Under the pieces are notes generated by a model. It did no database searches and was not told where the DNA came from. It saw only the letters and a program-made list of their open reading frames with translations. A DNA stretch of 64,000 bases from Octopus sinensis (lineage: Eukaryota). This document shows positions 49,571-63,765 of the stretch, piece by piece. Every line of letters begins with the position of its first letter. Position 1 is the stretch's first letter. The DNA lies in the NCBI RefSeq assembly GCF_006345805.1, contig NC_043000.1, positions 7,006,001 through 7,070,000 of the forward strand, written 5' to 3'. The position numbers were made by a program, and so were the translations under genes.

Positions 49571-50603
49571 CAAAGTGTTTCAGCTAAATTTGGTGATTTT
49601 TTTTATGTCTTCGCTTTTCAGAAACAGCTTCGTGTATTGTGGAACAGTCAGCAGCTGTAGAGAGTATAAAAATGAAAGTTGTAGTTGAGAAAAAATAAGC
49701 CGACATGGAGGACCGAAATTCATCTGAATATTGGGAAAAGCTACATGTGTCATGATGATTCATGCTGTGTATCAAAGGGCCAACATCATGATTTGCTGCC
49801 CAATGCTCTGTAAACACTGTGAAGGCTGTATGAGAATCCATTGTCTCTGATATAGGAAAAAGGGAGTAAAACCTTCACTGATGTTGCAAATAACTACCCT
49901 GCTAATTAAAAGTCCAGTATACACAATTGAGGTAGTATTTAATTAAAATAGCCATCTATGTATCATACTTAATGTATGCACACTGTGAAGGCTGTAAGAC
50001 GTGACATGAGCTGCTTCAATGTAAACTATGAAACTGTGGCTAACAGGAAAGGATGCAGCAGGTATTCGCACTGCATCCACCAGCTAGAATTCATTAAACT
50101 AGTGATGAACGGGGCCTTAAGCTCAATTCAGGCAACTACATGAAGCTGTTGAAGATTGTGGTCAAACCCTGGCTGGAGAGGGTTATTGCTTCAAAGCCAT
50201 ATGTGTGGTAGCAGGATTCAGCTTCTTATCATACCTCCAGAAAGAGCCAGAAGTGGTTGTTGGACAATTTCTATGACTTTACTAGCTCCAATTTCTGGCC
50301 TCTTAATTGCCCTTAATTTTAATTCCCTGGATTATTATATGTGGAGTCTGAAACAAACCATTCTGCTTGCAATACCAAAGCTGAACTGGTGACCAAGATC
50401 AAAGAGGTTTTCAAAGATTTCCCCAAGGACACAGTGAGGAACGCATGCATCTGGTTCTGGAGCTGTCTTGAGGCTGTGGTGGAAGCTGAGGACAACTGTT
50501 ATCCCCTAGCCATAATCTACTTGATATATTTTGATTTTTAAAATACTTTTAATTTGAATGGGATCTTTTTCTGCAAACTGTCATATTTAGTCCAAACACC
50601 CTG
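49571..50603 (+). mobile_element. Degenerate Tc1/mariner element, DD37D (maT-like) transposase relic
   Basis: TA TSDs at 49569-49570 and 50604-50605. Degenerate TIRs CAAAGTGTTTCAGCTAAATTTG and CATATTTAGTCCAAACACCCTG. Peptide VKPWLERV...W*QD-(37 aa)-DYYMW after correcting one frameshift, then CNTKAELVTKIKEVF. Confidence 0.85.
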
Positions 50604-50652
50604 TACGTGTGATTATGTGTAGATAGACAGACAGATATTATATATATATATA

Positions 50653-51050
50653 CTCTTTACTCTTTTACTTGTTTCAGTCATTTGACTGCGGCCATGCTGG
50701 AGCACCGCATTTAATCGAGCAAATCGACCCTGGGACTTATTCTTTGTAAGCCCAGTACTTATTATATCAGTCTCTTTTGCCGAACTGCTAAGTGACGGGG
50801 ACGTAAACACACCAGCATCGGTTGTCAAGCAGTGCTAGGGGGACAAACACAGACACACAAACATACACGCACACATATATATATATACATATATGTGACG
50901 GGCTTCTTTCAGTTTCTGTCTACCAAATCCAGTCACAAGGCTTTGGTCGGCCCAAGGCTATAGCAGAAGACACTTGCCCAAGATGCCACGCAGTGGGACT
51001 GAACCCGGAACCATGTGGTTGGTTAGCAAGCTACTTACCACACAGCCACT
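50653..51050 (-). mobile_element. SINE family A, full-length copy
   Basis: Near-identical to 37347-37755 and 42175-42576. Confidence 0.85.
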
Positions 51051-52597
51051 CATATATATATATATATTTGGAAATGGATGCATTGCATTCAATTAAATGC
51101 AACCATTACACTTGGTGTTAGGAAAGGCCTCCAACCGTAGAAATCATGCCAAACCAGACTGGAGTCTGGTGCAGCCTTCCAGCTTGCCAGCCTTGCTAAA
51201 ACCGTTCAACCTATGCCAGCATGGACAACGGACATTAAATGATGATGATGATGATGATATTATATAAATATATATATATCATCATCATCATCATCGTACT
51301 TATTTGCTTTTTATTTACCTTGAAGCTGTGCAGATAATGCCAAACTGACTTGGTGCCTCAACTAAGGTACCTAATTCAACTGAATCTTAATTATTTCTTA
51401 TAATATATATATATATATGCATGTGTGTGTGTGTATGTGCATATTTATATATATGCATGTGTGTGTGTGTGTGAGCATGTTTAACTAAAAATGAAGTCTC
51501 ATGAGAACCTTCAAGTCAAACCACTTCTCTTTTCACTTTCCCTTTTAGAAACACCAGTTGTAAACCAGTGATTGGTTGGTTAGGAATCAATAATGCAGTT
51601 GTCCTCATTTATGAAATGAAATAATGAAATAAGAGCAGCAGTGGGAGTTAATCCATTACAGTCCCCCTCCCTCAACTTCAGGCCTTATGTTTTGTATTTG
51701 CAATCATTATCATTATTACAGTCACTGTGACCCTGGGAAAAAAAAAAAACTCATGGTTGAATGGTTCGCAAACAGGAAGAATATTAGGCATAAAAGAAAA
51801 TGGCTGCTCAAAAGTAAATGAAACCAGGAGTAGCCGTGTGGTTAAGAAGCTTGCTTCCTGACAACATGGTTCTGGGTTCAGTCCCACTATGAACTACCAT
51901 GGGCAAATATTTTCTACAATAGCTATGGGCTGCAGTGAATGGAAACTGAAAGAATCCCATCATTTATATGTATAAGGCACAATCATATCTGTGTGGTGAG
52001 AAGCTTGCTTCACAACCATATGTTTCTGGGTTCAGTCCCACTGCACGGCACCTTCGGCAATTTCTTCTATTATACAGTCTCAGGCTGGCCAAAACTTTGT
52101 GAGTGGATCTAGTAGACACAAGCCAAAAGAAGCCCATTGTGTGTGTGTGTACATATATATATATATGTGTGTGTGTGTGTGTCTTTGTGTATGTGTTTGC
52201 CCCCTCCCATCATTGCTTGACAACCGGTGTTGGTGTATTTGCATCCCTGTAACTTAGCAGTTTGGCAAAAAGACAAATAAAATAAGTACCAGGCTCAAAA
52301 ATAAATCACTTCACCACAGTACTCCAGCATGGCTGCAGTCAGATGAAAGAATGTATATAAGTCTGGATGTATATATCAACATGGGTATTTACCCTTTTTT
52401 GTGTTTCATTCACTAAACTGCAGCCATGCTGGGGCACTGCCCTGAAGAAATTTTGGTCAACTGTATCAACCCTGGTACTCATTATTTTTTTAAGGCTGGT
52501 ACTTATTCTATAAGACTCTTTTGCCAAACTGCTAAGTTATGGAGACATAAACACATCAAGATTGTCATGTGATGGTGGTGGGGGGACAAACACAAAC

Positions 52598-52641
<44 letters not shown>

Positions 52642-53074
52642 ATATATATGTATATTCATGACTGATTTTTAAAAAATGGAGAAAAAAGACAAGAAATAAA
52701 ACAACAACGTGAGGATATAAGGTTATGATGGGTAAATTGTTGCCATTTTATATTTCTAATTTCATGCATGCACATTGTTTGTCTTTGATTTTGTTGACTA
52801 TGCAGTATAGTAGGGTCAGTTGGGCACCGTCTGTACGAAAAACAGTACCATGATACAATTCACTCTGTCAGAAATTTGGAAACAACATCCTGTCAACTTT
52901 GCCTTTCATCCTTGCATGGTCAATGAAATAAGCACCAGTCTGGTACTGGGGACAATGGTACGTACTAACTCCCCTCCCCTTAAAACAGCTGACTTTGTAA
53001 CTAAATCATCACCACCATCACCATCATCACCATCATCATCATCATTATTATATTTTCTTCTAGTTTCATGTAGT

Positions 53075-54110
53075 TTTCTTGTTGCTCGCATCACCTAGTG
53101 TGCTTCTATATTGTTGAGGTATGTGCAGCGTTGTGTTTCTATTATTGTGGAAACTGGGGGAAGAACAGACTCCTCTTGCTGGTGTACTGCATCAGTTGAT
53201 TCACAACCTTTCATACAGCCACAGTCATAAGGACATGTAAACAGGGTTCCATTTGTGAGTTAGAAAGGTAGTGGATGAGCAACACAATACTTCATTCTTA
53301 AACCGTTTCTTGACACTCAATATTTCGCTACAACAAGGCAGTGAGCGGGCAGAATCATCAGAATACTGGGTAAAATTCTTAGAAATGTTTTATCTGTCTT
53401 CACGTCCTGAGTTCAAATTCCACTGAGGTTGACTTTGATGCTTAGAGGCAGGAGACCCCAGACCTTGGAAAAAAAAAAACTTTGGTCGTCTTGTTGTAGT
53501 CGAGGGCTCTTCATTGACGCTCAACACCACTGGGAGGTGGCCCTCAAAGTTGCTGGAAATGGAAATCTCCAGGTCCAAATTCTTGGACAGCATGGATTTA
53601 CTCCCGAAATTGCTGGCCTTGTGCCAAAATTTGAAATCAATATTTTCTAACAACTTTCTCTTCTTGGCATAATATATAATTGTTGGATATCAGTACGTGA
53701 TTTTTTTTTCTTCTTTTATTTTTGAAAATTGTGCTACGGTCTACAGAATTTGGGTCTGTCATGATGTAGTCTAGTAGTACCGAACCATATGTTATGATTG
53801 GCACTGCAAGTATGTTAATGGCACAGATGGTATTTCTTTGCTGTGTAGATGAGTTTGAAAATATTTTTTTCACTGTCAAAATATTCATATCTCATTTGCA
53901 TAGCCTTTCACATTCTTCTTCCTCCTGGCATTAAAAATATGTTCTACTATGTGAACTTTTTGTACTTACTATTTGTGACTGTAGATCATCACTTGTTTCT
54001 TTGGATTCTACTATTCCACATGTACAGTTTTAGTTTCATCTATGTCCATAATAAAATTAATAATTTTGATACTTTCTTAATTAGTGTTTTTATTAAATAA
54101 TAATAATGAT
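53075..54110 (-). pseudogene. Heavily degraded R4/NeSL-type (RLE) non-LTR RT relic, interrupted by SINE pieces at about 53330-53640
   Basis: NTICAINILAVPIITYGSVLLDYIMTDPNSVDR resembles the AINTLAVPVITY motif downstream of RT domain 7 in R4-like elements. Many stops. Confidence 0.5.
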
Positions 54111-55436
54111 TTCATAAACGTCCGCTTTCCATGCTAGCATGGGTTGGACGACTTTGACTGAGGGCTGGCAAGCCTGATGGTTGCACCAGTCTTGATCTGG
54201 CAGAGTTTCTATAGCTTGATACCCTTCCTAACGCCAACCACTCCGAGAGTGTAGTGGGTGCTTTCTATGTGCCACCGGCATGGGGGCCAGTCAGGCAGTA
54301 CTGGCAACAACCGCGCTCGAATCTTTTTACACATGCCACCGGCACCGGTGGCAGTAAGGCAACACTGGTAATGATCATGTTTAAATAGTACCCTTTTACA
54401 TGCCACTAGCACAGAAGCCAGTTAGCTGCTCTGGCAATGACCATGCTCGGATGGTGCTCTTGGCACCCTACTAGCACGGGCACAAGTGCCAGTAAGGCGA
54501 AACAGTAATATTATAATTATCATTGTAATCATCATCAACAAAGGCGTTGATACAGTTTTGAGGTTAAGAAGCTTGCTCCAACCACATAACCTTGGGTCCA
54601 GTTTCATTGTGTGACACCTCAGGCAACTGTCTTCTACTCCAGCCAGCACTGAGCCAACCAAAGCATTGTAAGTAGATCAGTTAAAGGTGGTAAGCTCGCA
54701 GAATTGTTAGCATATTGGACAAAATGCTTAGCAACATTTCATCTGTCTTTACATACTGGGTTCAAGTGCCACAAGGGTTGACTTTACCTTTCATCTTTCC
54801 AGGGTTGATAAAATAAGCACCAGTTGAAAACTGGAAGTAATCTAATCAATTTAGCCACCCCCACTGAAATTGCTGGCCTTGTGCCAAAATTTGTAAGCAA
54901 TATATATATATAACCATAAAAGAAGTATGAGAGGTGAATATATATTTATTTAACCATGTGACTTCTATAAAATTAAAGTTGTTTACATGAATGTCCATTA
55001 GATGGACACTCTGTGCCACAGTTCTTTATAATGGATTATGGTTTGAACTGTTATCCGAATGTGTAAGAAAAGCTTTATGTGATAGCTGCACAATTATTTG
55101 GATCCACATCTTCAACTACTCATTTACACACACAGTAAATCAACCCCGGAACTTATTTTTTAAGACTAGTATTCATTCTATCAGCTATTTCGTTGAACCA
55201 CTTAATTACAGGGATGTAAACATACCAACATTGGTTGTCAAACGATGGTGGTGAGAACAAACACAGACACAAAGACACACACACATAAATATATACATAT
55301 ACACACACACATATATGTATATATATATATATATGTATGTATATATATATGATGGGCTTCTTTCAGTTTCTGTCAACCATTCACAAGCCTTTAGTCAGTC
55401 CAAGGCTATAATAGAAGACACTGAAAGATGCCTGCC

Positions 55437-55479
<43 letters not shown>

Positions 55480-55663
55480 TAAATTAGAGATAAAACCACC
55501 ATTAGGCAAATCAAACAGTGAAAATCATAAGCCAATACGTAGAAATAAAATTAATTAAAAAAATATAAAATATAAAATTCCAAATTAAAATATTTAAATT
55601 AAAGTTAAAATTTAAAAAATTATTTAAATAATTTAAACTTATAAATTTTAAATATATATATAT

Positions 55664-56052
55664 ATGTGCCGGTGGCACATAAAAAGCACCATCATAACGT
55701 GGCCAATGCCAGCACCGCCCCGACTGGCTTCTGTGCCGGTGGGCACATAAAAAGCACCGTCCAAACGTGGCTGTTGCCAGCGCCGCCTTGGCTGGCTTCC
55801 GTACCGGTGGCACGTTAAAAGCTCCAACCGATCGTGGCCAATGCCGGACCCCCTGGCACCTGTGCAGGTGGCACGTAAAAAGCACCCACTACACTCACGG
55901 AGTGGTTCGTGTTAGGAAGAGCATCCAGCTGTAGAAACTCTGCCAGATCAGACTGGAGCCTGGTGCAGCCCCTGGCTTCCCAGACCCCAGTTGCACTGTC
56001 CAACCAATGCCAGCATGGAAAACGGACGTTAATGATGATGATGATGATGATG
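55664..56052 (+). mobile_element. RTE 3' UTR copy
   Basis: GTGCCGGTGGCAC...AAAAAGCACC repeats and a (GAT)n tail. Flanked by (AT)n. Confidence 0.85.
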
Positions 56053-56180
56053 ATTATATATATATATTTTTTATTATTATTATTTTATTTTATTTATTTA
56101 TTTATTTTTTATTTTTTATTTTTTTAAAAATTATATAACTATCAAAAAGTATTAAAAGTTTAATATAAGATAAAGAGTAA

Positions 56181-56212
<32 letters not shown>

Positions 56213-56810
56213 GTATACATCTATGGGCATGTGTCTTTGTACCTGTGTTTGCCCCACCACTGCTTGACAACCAGAGTTGGTGAGTTTATATCCCTGTAAA
56301 TTAGTGGTCTGGCAGAAAGAGATCGATAGTATAAGTACTAGGCTCAAAAAAGAAAAGGCTAAAATTTTTCAAGGCGGTGCTCCAGCAGAGCCACAGTCTA
56401 ATGATTGAAACAAGTAAAAGAATATATAAATATATGCTGAGACTCGCTTCAGTCGTGACTGACCATGGGATTGCACCTAGAAAGTTACAAAGTTACCCTC
56501 CCAGGCACAAGTCCAGGCAATGATGTTTATGGAAGACCAGCAGTCGCCCATGCATACCAGCCTCCCCTCTCCATGCCACTGATGTTATCCAAGGGAAAGG
56601 CAAAGGCTGATACAGCTTGGCACCAGTGACCTCGCAACTCATTTCTACAGCTGAGTGAACTGGAGCAACGTGAAATAAAGTGTCTTGCTCAAGAACACAA
56701 CACGCAGCCCGGTCTGGAATTTGAGCGCACAACCTCATGATCGTAAGCTCGACGCTCTAACCACTGAGCCATGCACCTTTGCGTATATATATATACACAC
56801 ATACATATTA

Positions 56811-56842
<32 letters not shown>

Positions 56843-56847
<5 letters not shown>

Positions 56848-57352
56848 TCATCATCATCATCATTTAGCGTCCGCTTTCCATGCTAGCATGGGTTGGACGG
56901 TTCAACTGGGGTCTGGGAAGCCAGAAGGCTGCACCAGGCCCAGTCTGATCTGGCAGTGTTTCTACGGCTGGATGCCCTTCCTAATGCCAACCATTCTGTG
57001 AGTGTAGTGGGTGCTTTTTACGTGCCACCGGCACAAGGGCCAGACGGGGTTGGCAAACGGCCACGGATGGATGGTGCTTTTTACGTGCCACCGGCACGTG
57101 GGTCAGGCAAGGCTGGCAATGGCCACGATCGGATGGTGCTTTTTACATGCCACCGGCACGGAGACCAGTCGGGGTGGCGCTGGCAACGGACACGGTCGGG
57201 TGGTGCTTTTTACATGCCACCGGCACAGGGACCAGGCGAAGCTGTCAACGGCCACGATCGGATGGTTCTTTTTACGTGCCACTGGCACGGAGGCCAGTCG
57301 GGGCGGGGCTGGCAATGGACACAGTCGGGTGGTGCTCTTTACGTGCCACCAG
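56843..57352 (-). mobile_element. RTE 3' UTR copy with about 7 tandem units
   Basis: (CAT)n tail, then GGTGCTTTTTACGTGCCACCGGCAC units. Flanked by (AT)n. Further 3' ends at about 38065-38285, 51075-51258, 54110-54480, 61475-61605, 61745-61990 and 62640-62795. Confidence 0.85.
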
Positions 57353-57781
57353 CATATATATAGGCATGGTGGTGTGGCACCTTGGGAAAGTGTCTTCTAC
57401 TATAGTCTTGGGCTGTCCAAAGGCTTGTGAGAGGATTTGGCAGATGGAATGTACATATGTTTTATATATATTTCTTTACTACCCACCAGGGGCTAAACAC
57501 AGAGGGGACAAACAAGGACAGACAAAGGGATTAAGTCGATTACATCATACCCAATTGCGAAACTGGTTCTTTATTTATCGACCCCGAAAGGATGAAAGGC
57601 AAAGTCAACCTCTGTGGAATTTGAACTCAGAACATAATGACAGACGAAATACCGCTAAGCATTTCGCCCGGCGTGCTAACAGTTCTGCCAGCTCGCCACC
57701 TTCATATATAAAACATATGTGTGTGTGTGTGTGTGTGTGTGTATAAATATATATATATATATATGTGTATGTATGTATGTA

Positions 57782-57826
<45 letters not shown>

Positions 57827-58177
57827 ATGTGTATGTGTGTATGTTTATGGGTCTTTGTTTATACCATACAAAACCAGTAATGTTGTTGAGGTAATGTAAC
57901 AACATTTTGACAAATACACATTGATAAGGGAGGTGGATATGCTTCAACCAAATCCCTGAAGGTGGGGCACCAGTATGACTGCAATCCAATAAGCACCAAA
58001 AGACTAAGTAAATAAAAATAAATATCATAATTAATTTAATTTATTTACACATATAATATGATAATTGCACCAATTACTTGAGGGTATTGGCAAATATGCT
58101 TGATATGAGTACATCTTCAGTTTACCCCCAACTCCTGCTTAGCTTGTGTGTGTGTGCGTGCGTGTGTGTGTGTGTGT

Positions 58178-58209
<32 letters not shown>

Positions 58210-59185
58210 AGCTATTTACATACATACATACACATATATACACACATACACTCACATGCAAATACACAGACACACATATATATACATACATGCATACACA
58301 CACACATACATACATACATACATACATAGAAAATATCACTGAAAATGTACTGTTAGCTTTTATCTTTTACTTATTTCAGTCATTTGTTTGTGGCCATGCT
58401 GGGGCACTGCCTTGAAGAACTTTGGCCAAACGAATCGATCCCAGTACATTTTTTCCTAATAAATCTGGTACTTATTCTATCATTAGGAAGACATAAATGC
58501 AGCATCATCAAGCTGTGGTGCTGGGGGCAACGCACACACACACACAAATATATACATATAGACGCAGGCATGGCTGTGTGGTAAGTAGCTTGCTTACCAA
58601 CCACATGGTTCCGGGTTCAGTCCCACTGCATAGCACCTTGGGCAAGTGTCTTCTACTATAGCCTCGAGCCAACCAAAACCTTGTGAGTGGATTTGACAGA
58701 CAGAAACTGAAAGAAACCCCTTTGTATATATATATATATATGTATATATGTGTGTGTTTGTGTGTCTGTGTTTGTCCCCCCAATATCACTTGACAACCAA
58801 TGCTGGTGTGTTTACGTCCCCGTAACTTAGCGGTTCGGCAATGTGACCAATAGAATAAGTACTAGGCTTACAAAGAATAAGTTCTGGGGTTGATTTGTTG
58901 GACTAAAGGCAGTGCTCCAGCATGGCCACAGGCAATTGACTGAAACAAATAAAAGAATATATATGATGGGTTTCTTTTAGTTTCAGTCAACTAAATCCAC
59001 TCACTAGGCATTGGTCAGTCCGAGGCTATAGTAGAACATGCTTACCCAAAGGTGCCATGCAGTGGGACTGAACCCAGGACTATGAGGTTGGGAAGCAAAT
59101 TTCTTACCACACAACCACACCTGCACCTGTACTGCAGATGTTATACAACACTATAGTTTTGTGTGTATGTATGTATTCATGCAGA

Positions 59186-59226
<41 letters not shown>

Positions 59227-59726
59227 ATTGTTTGTGGTTCTAAATTCAAGAAAATACTAAGATCATTAAACTATGTGTACCTGTGAGTGTGTGTGTATAT
59301 GTGTGTGTGTGAGTGTACATATATAGTGATATGTAAATTTTCGTATACCTTTTTCCTTCTTTAACTAGTATCAGCTCATATTCAGTGACCAAGCTGGAGC
59401 ACCACTGTTCATGTATAAATTATAATTATGAATATATAGGTGTGGTTGTGTGGTGAGAAGCTTGCTTCTCAAGCATATGGGTCTGGGATCAGTCCCATGG
59501 CATGGTACCTTGGGCAAGTGTCCTCCACTACAGCCTTGGGATGACCAAAGCCTTGTAAGTGGACTTGGTAGATGGAATCTGAAAGAAGCCTGTCATATAC
59601 ATACATGCATATATACATACATATATATGTATGTAAAAATTTAGATTCAGATGAATATGGCACTTAAGTTGAGGCACCAGAATTTAGTACGGTATTATCC
59701 ATACAATTTCAAAGTAAGGTGATTAA

Positions 59727-60108
59727 AATCAAAATAAGCAACAAGGATATCCAGAAGTAATGCAGTACGATCGTTTCATGCAACTCCATTTAATTGAACA
59801 ATGCAATCATTACATCAATTTAAATGCAGAGCAATCCTCAGCTGCATAAATACATAGAGTTTAATTAAATTCTATGCTGGAGTGAAGGCAGCATGTTCCT
59901 TGTCTATCTCCTTAACTTCTTGGAGATTTTAGGCATAATTATACTAATGTGTCCATCTGTTTTAATTTAATTAAACTCTATGTCTTTGTGCAGCTGAAGA
60001 TTGCTCTGCATTTAAATTGATGTAATGATTGCATTGTTCAATTAAATGGAGTTGCATGAAACGATCGTACTGCATTACCTCTGGATATCCTTGTTGCTTA
60101 TTTTGATT
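59727..60108. mobile_element. Foldback element with 145-bp inverted arms and a 92-bp spacer
   Basis: 59727-59871 is the reverse complement of 59964-60108 with about 4 mismatches. Confidence 0.9.
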
Positions 60109-62348
60109 ATATATGTATGTATATGTGTGTGTGTCTTGGGGTCAATTTACTTGGCTAAAACTCTTGAAGGCAGTGCTCCAGCATGGCCACAGTCAAATTA
60201 CTGAAACATGCAAAAGAATAAAAGAATACATATAAAGCACATATTTATACATATCTGCAAACAAACACATATATGCACATACACAGGAGAGAGAGAGAGC
60301 AAGGGGGGGAGCAGGCAGACAGACAGACAGACTGACAGAGAGACAGAGACGACAGAGAGACAGAGAGACAGAGAGACACACAGACAGATAGGCATAGGCA
60401 CAAATATACAGTAAAGAGTGAATATGTCTCCACAGGTCACAGGAGCTCATAGAACAAATTCTGCAGATTCTGCAGATATTTTGTGGAAGAGACCTTTATT
60501 CTTCTCCTCCTTCCCAATTCAGACCCTAACCAATCACCACAGGTAAACATTCTCAGAGAATGCGGTACAACGACAGACGACTACTTAAACCGAGTTATGT
60601 GGAATATAACGCCCTAACCAAAGACACAAAGGGAGAAACTTCTGAAATACACGCACCCATGGGCTCCACCCCACCCCACCCCACCCCACACTGGTAGGAG
60701 TCCAGTAATTTCTCATTTAAATATTTCATCTTTATAACACACACACACTCACACACACACTCACACACTCACAGACTCCTAAAAACAATGCAAACATATT
60801 ATCATCATTATCTTCAGGAGAAGCAATACAAGTACGGCTGCTACCTAGACCCCCTGCCATTTGCGCTCCCTGCTATATATATATGTGTGTGTGTGTGTAT
60901 ATGTATGTGTGTGTGTGTATGTATATATATATATATATATATCAATGTATTCTTCCCTCTCTCTCTCTCTCTCTCGCTCTCTCATTGTGTGTGTGTGTGT
61001 ATGTGTGCACGCGCGTGTGGGTGTATGTGCGTGCATATAATAAGCTTTTGGCTTATTCACATATCCAAAGCAGAGGTATCACTCAGTTAATGCAGTGAGA
61101 CTTTATTCTTTGCTCTCAGACTCAGAGTAGCAAAAGAAAGAAGGAGGCGTCAGTTTTGAGTAAATACACACACGCACACACACACACACACACACACATT
61201 TATTATCGTCACTGTCCTACTTTTAGCAGCCAGTTCTTCATGCTTGCATGGGACATATGGAATACGTTGAGGAATATTTTCCATGGCCTGTTACCCAGCC
61301 CTGGTGCAAAAGCTTACCTGTTACTAAACAAGGTAGTATTTGCCTGTGGCCTGTGTATGTTTTCATGGGAACTGGAAGTGAATGCTGCTACTTATATGAC
61401 AGCAATGCTAGTTTACAACTATGACACAACATCCAGACATGGAGACACACACACAAACATATTGCATACATATATATCATCATCATTGTTTAACGTCTGC
61501 TTTCCATGCTGGCATGGGTTGGACAGTTTGACTGAGGACTGGCGAGCCAGAGGGCTGCACCAGAAACTCTGATCTGGCAGAGTTTCTACAGCTGGATGCC
61601 CTTCCTATATATATATATATATACATATATATATTACCATTAATTGCTCTGATAATTAGAGGATCAGTCTTTTAGTTCCCTTCTCAGGACCCTTGTATAT
61701 ATGGGTGTGTACGTGCATAAATATATATTCATATATATATATTTATCATCATCATCGTCGTTTAACGTCTGCTTTCCATGCTGGCATGGGTTGGACGGCT
61801 TGTCTGAGGGCTGGTGAGCCAGAAAGCTGCACCAGGCTCCAATCTGATCTGGCAAAGTTTTTTCAGCTGGATGCCCTTCCTAATGCCAACCACTCTGAGA
61901 ATGTAGTTGGTGCTTTTACATGCCACCAGCACGAGGGCCAGTCCAGCGGCACTGGCAACAACCATGCTCAAATGGTGCTTTTTATGTGCACTTTATATGC
62001 TTGTTAATGTTGATGTAATATCAATTATATAACTAAGACAGCAAACATAATCATTGGCAGGCTGGACAAAATGTTTCATAGCATTTTGCTCATCTTCATG
62101 TTCTGAGTTCAAATTCCACTGAAGTCAACTCTGCCATTTATCCTCTTAGAGCAGATGAAATCAGAACTGGCTGAGCACTGACAGTCAATGCTATCAACTA
62201 GCCCCATCTCCACCCGAAATTTCAGGTTTTATGCCTATTGTAGAAAGAAATGTCATATCTATTATAAAACTAACAAGATTATGAAACAGGTGTAAACAAA
62301 TAGAATAAACATTTACCTTCTCATCTTGCTTCTCTTATTTGTTCTATT

Positions 62349-62401
<53 letters not shown>

Positions 62402-63731
62402 ATGTGAATGTGTGTTTGTATCTCTACCCAATCACCTCTTGACAGCCGGGGTTGGTTTGTTTATGTCTCCACAACTTAGTAATTTTGGCAAAAAGAGGCC
62501 CAATAGAATAAGTACCTGATTTTAAAAAGAGAAGTGTACCAGGGTCGATTTGTTCAGGTAAACACTTTAAGGTAATGCTCCAGCATGACCACAGTCTAAT
62601 GAGTGAAACATGTAACAGATTACGGCCAATGTTATCATCCTCATCATCATCATCGCTTAACATCCGTTTTCCATGTTGGCATGGATTGGACGGTTTGATT
62701 GGAGTCTGGGTAGCCAGGAGGCTGCACCAGGCTCCAATCTTGATCTGGCAGTGTTTCTACAGCTGGATGCCCTTCCTAACGCCAACCACTCCGAGAATGT
62801 GTGTACACACACAAACACATAAACACATATCTTTTATTTTTATTTGTTTCAGTCATTTGACTGCGACCATGCTGGAGCTCTGCCTTCATGAATTTTAGTT
62901 GAACAAATCAACCCCAGAACTTATTTTCTTTTTAAGCATGGTTCACATTCTATCAGTCTCTTTTGTGAAACCACTAAGCTACAGGGATATAAACACACCA
63001 ACACCAGTTGTCAAGCGGTAGTAGAGGACAAACACAAAGACACACACACACTCACACACGTGTATACAATGGGCTTCTTTCAGTTTTCATCTGCCAAATC
63101 CACCCGCAAGGCTTTGGTCAGCCTGAGGCTATTGTAGAAGACACTTGCCCAAGGTGCCACGCAATGGAATTGAACTTGGAGTCATGTGGTTGGAAAACAA
63201 ACCTCTTACCACACAGCAGTACATACACCTATATTATCGTTTCTTTCAGTTTCTCCTAACCAAATGCAGTCACAAGGTATTGGTCAACCTAGGGCTATAG
63301 TAGAAAATACTTACCCAAGTTGCCAAACTGAACCTGAGACCATGTGGTTGGGAAGCAAGCTTCTTACCACACAGCCATACCTATGCCTGTATATACAAAT
63401 TCTGTCTGACCCATGTGATGGAAGAATGGATGTTAAATGATGGTGATGATGATGACACACACACACTTTACACACACACATCATATATCATACCAGAATC
63501 CAAAAATTGTATTTTCTCCAAGACTAAAGAATGTACAAAATTCTGCTATTTCAAAGCTCCTATAGATACAAATATACATATATATGTGCTTCTCTGTATG
63601 TGGAGAGAGAGAGAGAGGGGGGGATAGGGGGAAAAGAAAGACAGAGACAGAGAGAAGGAGAGTGAGCCGTGTAATAGAGATATGTATATACACAGAATCT
63701 AGTTTATATGGTGCAGCCCCTCCCCATATGT

Positions 63732-63765
<34 letters not shown>

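Noticed and set aside
51317-51368. 52-nt AG/GT-bounded minus-strand candidate exon
   Set aside because: No BtpA similarity, and part of it resembles a repeat fragment also seen near 59660-59680.
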